Shown here in pieces: positions 27,785 through 32,098 of a stretch of DNA of 32,098 nucleotides. The notes under the pieces are model-generated. The model saw nothing but the letters and a program-made list of their open reading frames with translations. It made no database searches and had not been told where the DNA came from. A program made the position numbers and the translations under genes. Origin of the DNA: Chitinophagales bacterium (GTDB lineage Bacteria; Bacteroidota; Bacteroidia; Chitinophagales; BACL12); assembly GCA_044448625.1 (NCBI GenBank), contig JBIOHA010000003.1, positions 1 to 32,098 on the forward strand, written 5' to 3'. Position 1 is the first letter of the stretch. Every line of letters begins with the position of its first letter.

Positions 27785-27816
27785 CAAACGTAAGGCAGTT
27801 GGTTGGTTGGTTCAAA
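27785..27816 (-). promoter_or_regulatory. Complete Bacteroidota promoter for the MCO-like gene: -33 TTTG (27813-27816), 20-nt spacer, -7 TACGTTTG (27785-27792)
   Basis: Both consensus elements are present with canonical spacing. Confidence 0.65.
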
Positions 27817-27878
27817 AATCCCGCGCTAAGATAAGCTAATTATTCAAAGTTCAAAATTCACATTATTGAAATAAATGC

Positions 27879-28808
27879 TTAATCTTTCCATTCCCATAAA
27901 GGGATCATTCCTCTTAATCCCATGTCAACAACAGGTTCATTATTTGCCGGTGTTGTGGCATCAATATCCCATTCTCCATTTGCATTAAGATCGGTCCATT
28001 CAAAACTTTGGTTGATCGAAAACGACATGGTGATAAAAAGTTCACTGGTTTCATCACCTGTTATAACAAGCGGGTCCACGAATTTGCCTGTTATAACACA
28101 AGAGCCTGCAGGTATCGGAGAGGTTGCATCAAGTGGATTAACAACTGTTGTTGAACCCGCAGGTGCCTGTCCGGTATAAATAGCATTGTAAGGCGCAAGC
28201 GCATCAGTAAATAAGGTCTCAAATCCCCAGAATCCCTGCACCTTATTTTCATTAATTGTTGTAGTAAGGTTTTTTATTGTGAGGTCGCGGATATATGTTC
28301 TATATCCAATGAAGGATGCGAGTGTTCCCGATTGGCCGGAGAGGTTTCCGAAACCAGGAATATTATTGACATTATACTGCACGTCAAAATTTTGAAATGC
28401 CACTGATGCTCTTACATAATTATATGTGCCGGCAGGTAACCTGTCGAGCCTGATCTTTATGAAATCGACACCTTCACCTGAAACATGCGATGAATCGAAG
28501 TCGATCGCATTTTCACCACCATCGGAAGTTTCCACCGATGAATATAAGATCGCACCCTCTTTAAAAGGAATAAATTCGTTCTGCGTCATTTCGATATAAT
28601 GCACGCTCAATAAATTCATTAATGGAGTTTGCGCAGCGTTTCCTGCCGGTATCACTGAAGGGTCACCAAAATTATCGAGACGTTCCTGGCCCTCTTCAAA
28701 TTGAAAAACAAAATGAATATCATTAAATGCTGTTTTGTCTTTATTACACGAAATTAAAATCGCTGTAAATAAAAAGATCAATAAACCCGAAACAATATTA
28801 ATTTTCAT
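27879..28808 (-). CDS. Conserved hypothetical lipoprotein
   Basis: Lipobox LISC; QERLDNFG.P, HYIE, GTLASFIGY.TYI, TTVVNP, GSCVITG, VVDMGLRG motifs. TAATTTTG -7 element at 28815-28822. Confidence 0.75.
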   Translation of the reverse strand: MKINIVSGLLIFLFTAILISCNKDKTAFNDIHFVFQFEEGQERLDNFGDPSVIPAGNAAQTPLMNLLSVHYIEMTQNEFIPFKEGAILYSSVETSDGGENAIDFDSSHVSGEGVDFIKIRLDRLPAGTYNYVRASVAFQNFDVQYNVNNIPGFGNLSGQSGTLASFIGYRTYIRDLTIKNLTTTINENKVQGFWGFETLFTDALAPYNAIYTGQAPAGSTTVVNPLDATSPIPAGSCVITGKFVDPLVITGDETSELFITMSFSINQSFEWTDLNANGEWDIDATTPANNEPVVDMGLRGMIPLWEWKD

Positions 28809-28835
28809 ACAGATCAAAATTAATTATAAATAAAA

Positions 28836-31124
28836 TCATTTCATCCATTTCCTCAACATTATTGGAATCAGAAATACATCCGGCCATATTGCTGAAAATA
28901 GTGTGATACCCGTTAAGAGGCCGATATTAAAAATTGCTGCAGTAGGGGAGAAGAGCAGGATCAAAAATCCGAACAACAAAATCACCGACATAATAAATAC
29001 CGCTTTGCCCGTTTCGTGGAATGTGTTCCTGATAGCAAGTTCCATATCAGCACCCTTCATTCTTTCAATTCTGAATTTTGATAAAAAATGTATTGTATCA
29101 TCCACTGCTATGCCATAGGAAATTCCGAAAATAATTGACGTGGGGGCGTCGAGTTCTATTTTTAATAATCCCATAATGCCCGCACAAACCACCAGGGGAA
29201 TAATATTGGGGATGATGGAAATGATCACCATTTTCCAGTTGCGGAACATGAAGGCCATAACAATTCCAATGCATAAAAATGCAAGCAATACGCCACTGAT
29301 TATATTATTGCGTAAATATTCGGTGTTTTTATCGAAGATGATTCCCGTTCCCGTTACCGTAAACGCAACCTGTTCGGGATTCGTATTTTTTGCGATAAAA
29401 TCTTTTATACTATTTTGAACAGATCGGATACTGTCGGTTCCCGTATCGCTCACAAAACCGGAAATTCTTCCGTACTTTTTATCTTCAGAAATTAAAACAT
29501 TTATCTCGCTCAATTTTGTTTTTTTCAGGTCATTTGCAAACATTTTGTATTTAATTTCCTCATCCGGTAATTTATATGCTGCCGGATCATCGCCTTCGTA
29601 AGCACGGTTGAGGCTTTTATAGACCATGGTAATACTTTGAACACCATTAATTATGTCAAAGGACTTTACATAGGTTTCTACTTTGTCGATCTCTTTTAAA
29701 ATTTCAGGTGAGTCGATCGTAAAACCATTTTTTGCTTCAGCAGCAATTTCAAGTGGCCTGAACCCATTAAAATTTTCTTCAAAAAAATGAAAGTCTTTTG
29801 TTACCTGCGCATTCTTGGGCATACCGGCTTCAAGGTGGATATCGGTGGATATCCGGGTCATTCCAAAAATAAAAACAAACAATATTAAACCGCCTGTCAA
29901 TAATATTCTGCTGGGATGATCTTTTCCGGAAAAATAAATGGAATTGATAAATCTGCCCCAGTTATTTTCATCTTTTTTAGTTAAAGAATCCAATTGTTTT
30001 AACGAGAATAATTTCAGCAACGGGCTGATAAAAAATAATACCACAAAGTAAACAAGCAAAACACCAAGTCCTGATAAAACACCAAAAAATTTAATAGGAG
30101 GAACGTTGGAAGTAAGCATTGTCATAAAACCAATTGCGGAAGTAACGGCAGTGAGAAATGTTGCAAAACCAATATCAGCCAATGTTTTAAATAGTGCAAT
30201 ATTTTTATTCGGATTTTTTCTTAATTCGATAATATATTTCCCAATAAAATGCACGGCATCGGAAATACCGATGATAATAATTACAATGGGAAACAGCGTG
30301 CTCATCACGTTTTGTTCAATGCCGGCCGCACCTAATATTCCCGTAAATAACATGAGCGAAACCCCAACAGTAAGCATCGAAATAAATACACACCAGAAAT
30401 TCCTGAACATTAAATAGGTGACAATAGAAACCAGCAATACGCTCAACAATGAAAAAACAATAAATTCGCGATGTTGTATTTTAACGATCTCTATCTGGAA
30501 ATTAGATTTCCCCAATAAATGATAATCCTGCAAACCTGCTTTTTGCACCGATGATGTTACATCATCAATTAATCCTTTTGATTCTTCCTGAACCAGCGTA
30601 TCATTTGTTTTAATAAAAATAACAGCAGTAGAAAAATCTTCAGAGATCAGTTTGCCTTTTATGCGCTCGTCAAGTTGAATTCGGGTGCTGTCGAATGCAT
30701 ATCTTTCTTCTTCATCAATATGCAATGCGGGGTAGTCAATAAATCCGAATGGCGATTTAACAAAATAATTAAAATTGGTAATGGAATATACCCGCCCGAC
30801 ATTGTTTATTTTCCCAATAAGACTAGTGGCTGAATCGAGTTTGGTGAGAAATTGCTTTTCGAAGATCCCATTCTCCGGTTTGAAACCTACTAATAAAAAA
30901 TTATCATCATGCTCAAATTTTTCCCTGAATAAATAATAAAAGTCAAGGTCAGGATCACCCTTCGGGAAGAAGTCCTCATAATCGTAAGAAAATTTGAGTT
31001 TGGCTGTAAAAAATATCGATACACCGGCCAGGAGTAGAAAAACAACCAGAACATATTTTGGATCGAGACCTGCAACAAATTTCCAGACACGGTTTTTCAA
31101 CTGCGGATGCGGATTTTCGAACAA
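28836..31124 (-). CDS. MMPL/RND-family membrane transporter
   Basis: Two repeats of one TM + periplasmic domain + five TM; GISDAVH and GIAVDDTIH motifs. The real start may be TTG 31100, because the track start lies inside a TAATTTTG -7 element. Confidence 0.9.
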   Translation of the reverse strand: MFENPHPQLKNRVWKFVAGLDPKYVLVVFLLLAGVSIFFTAKLKFSYDYEDFFPKGDPDLDFYYLFREKFEHDDNFLLVGFKPENGIFEKQFLTKLDSATSLIGKINNVGRVYSITNFNYFVKSPFGFIDYPALHIDEEERYAFDSTRIQLDERIKGKLISEDFSTAVIFIKTNDTLVQEESKGLIDDVTSSVQKAGLQDYHLLGKSNFQIEIVKIQHREFIVFSLLSVLLVSIVTYLMFRNFWCVFISMLTVGVSLMLFTGILGAAGIEQNVMSTLFPIVIIIIGISDAVHFIGKYIIELRKNPNKNIALFKTLADIGFATFLTAVTSAIGFMTMLTSNVPPIKFFGVLSGLGVLLVYFVVLFFISPLLKLFSLKQLDSLTKKDENNWGRFINSIYFSGKDHPSRILLTGGLILFVFIFGMTRISTDIHLEAGMPKNAQVTKDFHFFEENFNGFRPLEIAAEAKNGFTIDSPEILKEIDKVETYVKSFDIINGVQSITMVYKSLNRAYEGDDPAAYKLPDEEIKYKMFANDLKKTKLSEINVLISEDKKYGRISGFVSDTGTDSIRSVQNSIKDFIAKNTNPEQVAFTVTGTGIIFDKNTEYLRNNIISGVLLAFLCIGIVMAFMFRNWKMVIISIIPNIIPLVVCAGIMGLLKIELDAPTSIIFGISYGIAVDDTIHFLSKFRIERMKGADMELAIRNTFHETGKAVFIMSVILLFGFLILLFSPTAAIFNIGLLTGITLFSAIWPDVFLIPIMLRKWMK

Positions 31125-31234
31125 AATTAATGGTTAACATCTTGCTCCTGAGAAATTTTATTTCATATAAATGGGGGAGATAATAATTTCTCTTTTAGTC
31201 GCTTAAGTTTGATCTGCTAAAAAATTCAAATTCT

Positions 31235-31268
31235 AAAACGAACCATCCTTTTTGAGGATGGGCGTTTT
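31235..31268. other. Terminator-like inverted repeat in a divergent intergenic region
   Basis: AAAACG-AA-CCATCCT-TTTTG-AGGATGG-G-CGTTTT. Confidence 0.5.
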
Positions 31269-31449
31269 CCTCCTAAAGTGTGTGAATTTTTCCTTTCCGA
31301 TGCAGTCCAGTTTTTAATCAAATCTCAGATTCCTGTCAGAATTTAGATTTTGTTTATAACTGCCCCTGTAAAATTTGCATCTGACTAAATTGTATCATAC
31401 CTTTATAAGGCATTTTATAATTTTATTAACTTTAAAACGAAACATGCTT

Positions 31450-31839
31450 ATGAAGCAAATTCTACAAAAGCTTGCATTTTCTCTCCTCCTTGTTTCACTA
31501 ACTGTTACGCTGACAACGGCACAGTCGCCGGTTATCGGAAAAGCTACGATCAACACTGATATGGTGATCACTCTGGATAAGAGCGGTCCCCTGGTTGCTG
31601 ATTATTCTTTCGATATCAGCGGAATGGGATTAAGGAACAAGGAAGCCGCTGAGCGATACTTCAGTTTAGGCCGCGATAATCTCGTTAGCTATACTGTGAA
31701 TTACGACACTAAAACTGCTACGGTTCACTTGATGCTTGATCTTACCCAACCGCGTGGATGGGACGTTGATCAATACAACGAATATTTCGTGAAGGTAAGC
31801 GAGAGATACCGTTCCAACATGACGGTTGTTAACGAGTAA
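31450..31839 (+). CDS. Secreted hypothetical protein
   Basis: MKQILQKLAFSLLLVSLTVTLTTAQ signal peptide (ATG 31450, or 31444). Confidence 0.75.
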   Translation: MKQILQKLAFSLLLVSLTVTLTTAQSPVIGKATINTDMVITLDKSGPLVADYSFDISGMGLRNKEAAERYFSLGRDNLVSYTVNYDTKTATVHLMLDLTQPRGWDVDQYNEYFVKVSERYRSNMTVVNE

Positions 31840-31864
31840 TTATTCAAATCTTAAAACAATTGAA

Positions 31865-32098
31865 ATGCAAAGGAACTGTTGCAGTATATTTTATTTATTG
31901 TTACCCCTGATATTTTGTATTCAAAATTTAACGGCTCAAATTGTTGGGGCTAATGCTTTCCTGAAAGGAAATTTCGTTGAGGTTGGAATAAACCAGTGCG
32001 GGGCATATGGTTCAGGAAACACGCCTCCTGTAGGTTACCATCCGAATCCGGGACTGCCGGGATTAGGTTTTGTGGCCGATTGGGAATCTGACGGTTGG
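31865..32098 (+). CDS. N-terminus of a secreted protein, probably a large T9SS cargo or adhesin; runs off the window
   Basis: Absent from the ORF track. ATG 31865 opens MQRNCCSIFYLLLPLIFCIQNLTAQIVGANAFLKGNFVEVGINQCGAYGS...LGFVADWESDGW with no stop before the window end. The T9SS call is inference. Confidence 0.7.
   Translation, partial: MQRNCCSIFYLLLPLIFCIQNLTAQIVGANAFLKGNFVEVGINQCGAYGSGNTPPVGYHPNPGLPGLGFVADWESDGW

Noticed and set aside
1-32098. tRNA, rRNA, IS/transposase, integrase, prophage or defence genes
   Set aside because: No recognisable motifs by eye, and coding density leaves little room. A tRNAscan/Infernal run would be needed to exclude small RNAs formally.

Overview
AT-rich bacterial DNA, almost certainly Bacteroidota: TAnnTTTG -7 promoter elements, no Shine-Dalgarno signals, many lipoproteins, and the miaB / sigma54-type ATPase / lptE / secG gene order. 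It is mostly core genome, with about 33 CDSs: a partial GlcNAc-kinase-like ATPase, pgi, a LuxE-like acyl-protein synthetase, hemF, an M1 aminopeptidase, ltaE, a rhomboid, rlmH, lepB, miaB, lptE, secG, a CapA-like protein, an MMPL transporter and several lipoproteins. I saw no rRNA, tRNA, CRISPR array, transposase or phage gene. Five things deserve a second look: (1) a Tat-exported multicopper-oxidase-fold lipoprotein that has lost its type-1 copper site and most trinuclear ligands but keeps an intact ORF; (2) a tightly coupled five-gene envelope operon (lipoprotein, VTC/polyphosphate-polymerase-like, DUF4956, DUF2490 barrel, small secreted protein); (3) a beta-barrel plus monohaem cytochrome c lipoprotein pair behind a Fur-like palindrome; (4) a lepB whose essential C-terminal box lies in the -1 frame after an in-frame A-AAA-AAG slippery heptamer (recoding or assembly error); (5) a 126-bp tandem, hairpin-forming REP-like repeat after secG. 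All family names come from motif recognition by eye; no database searches were run.
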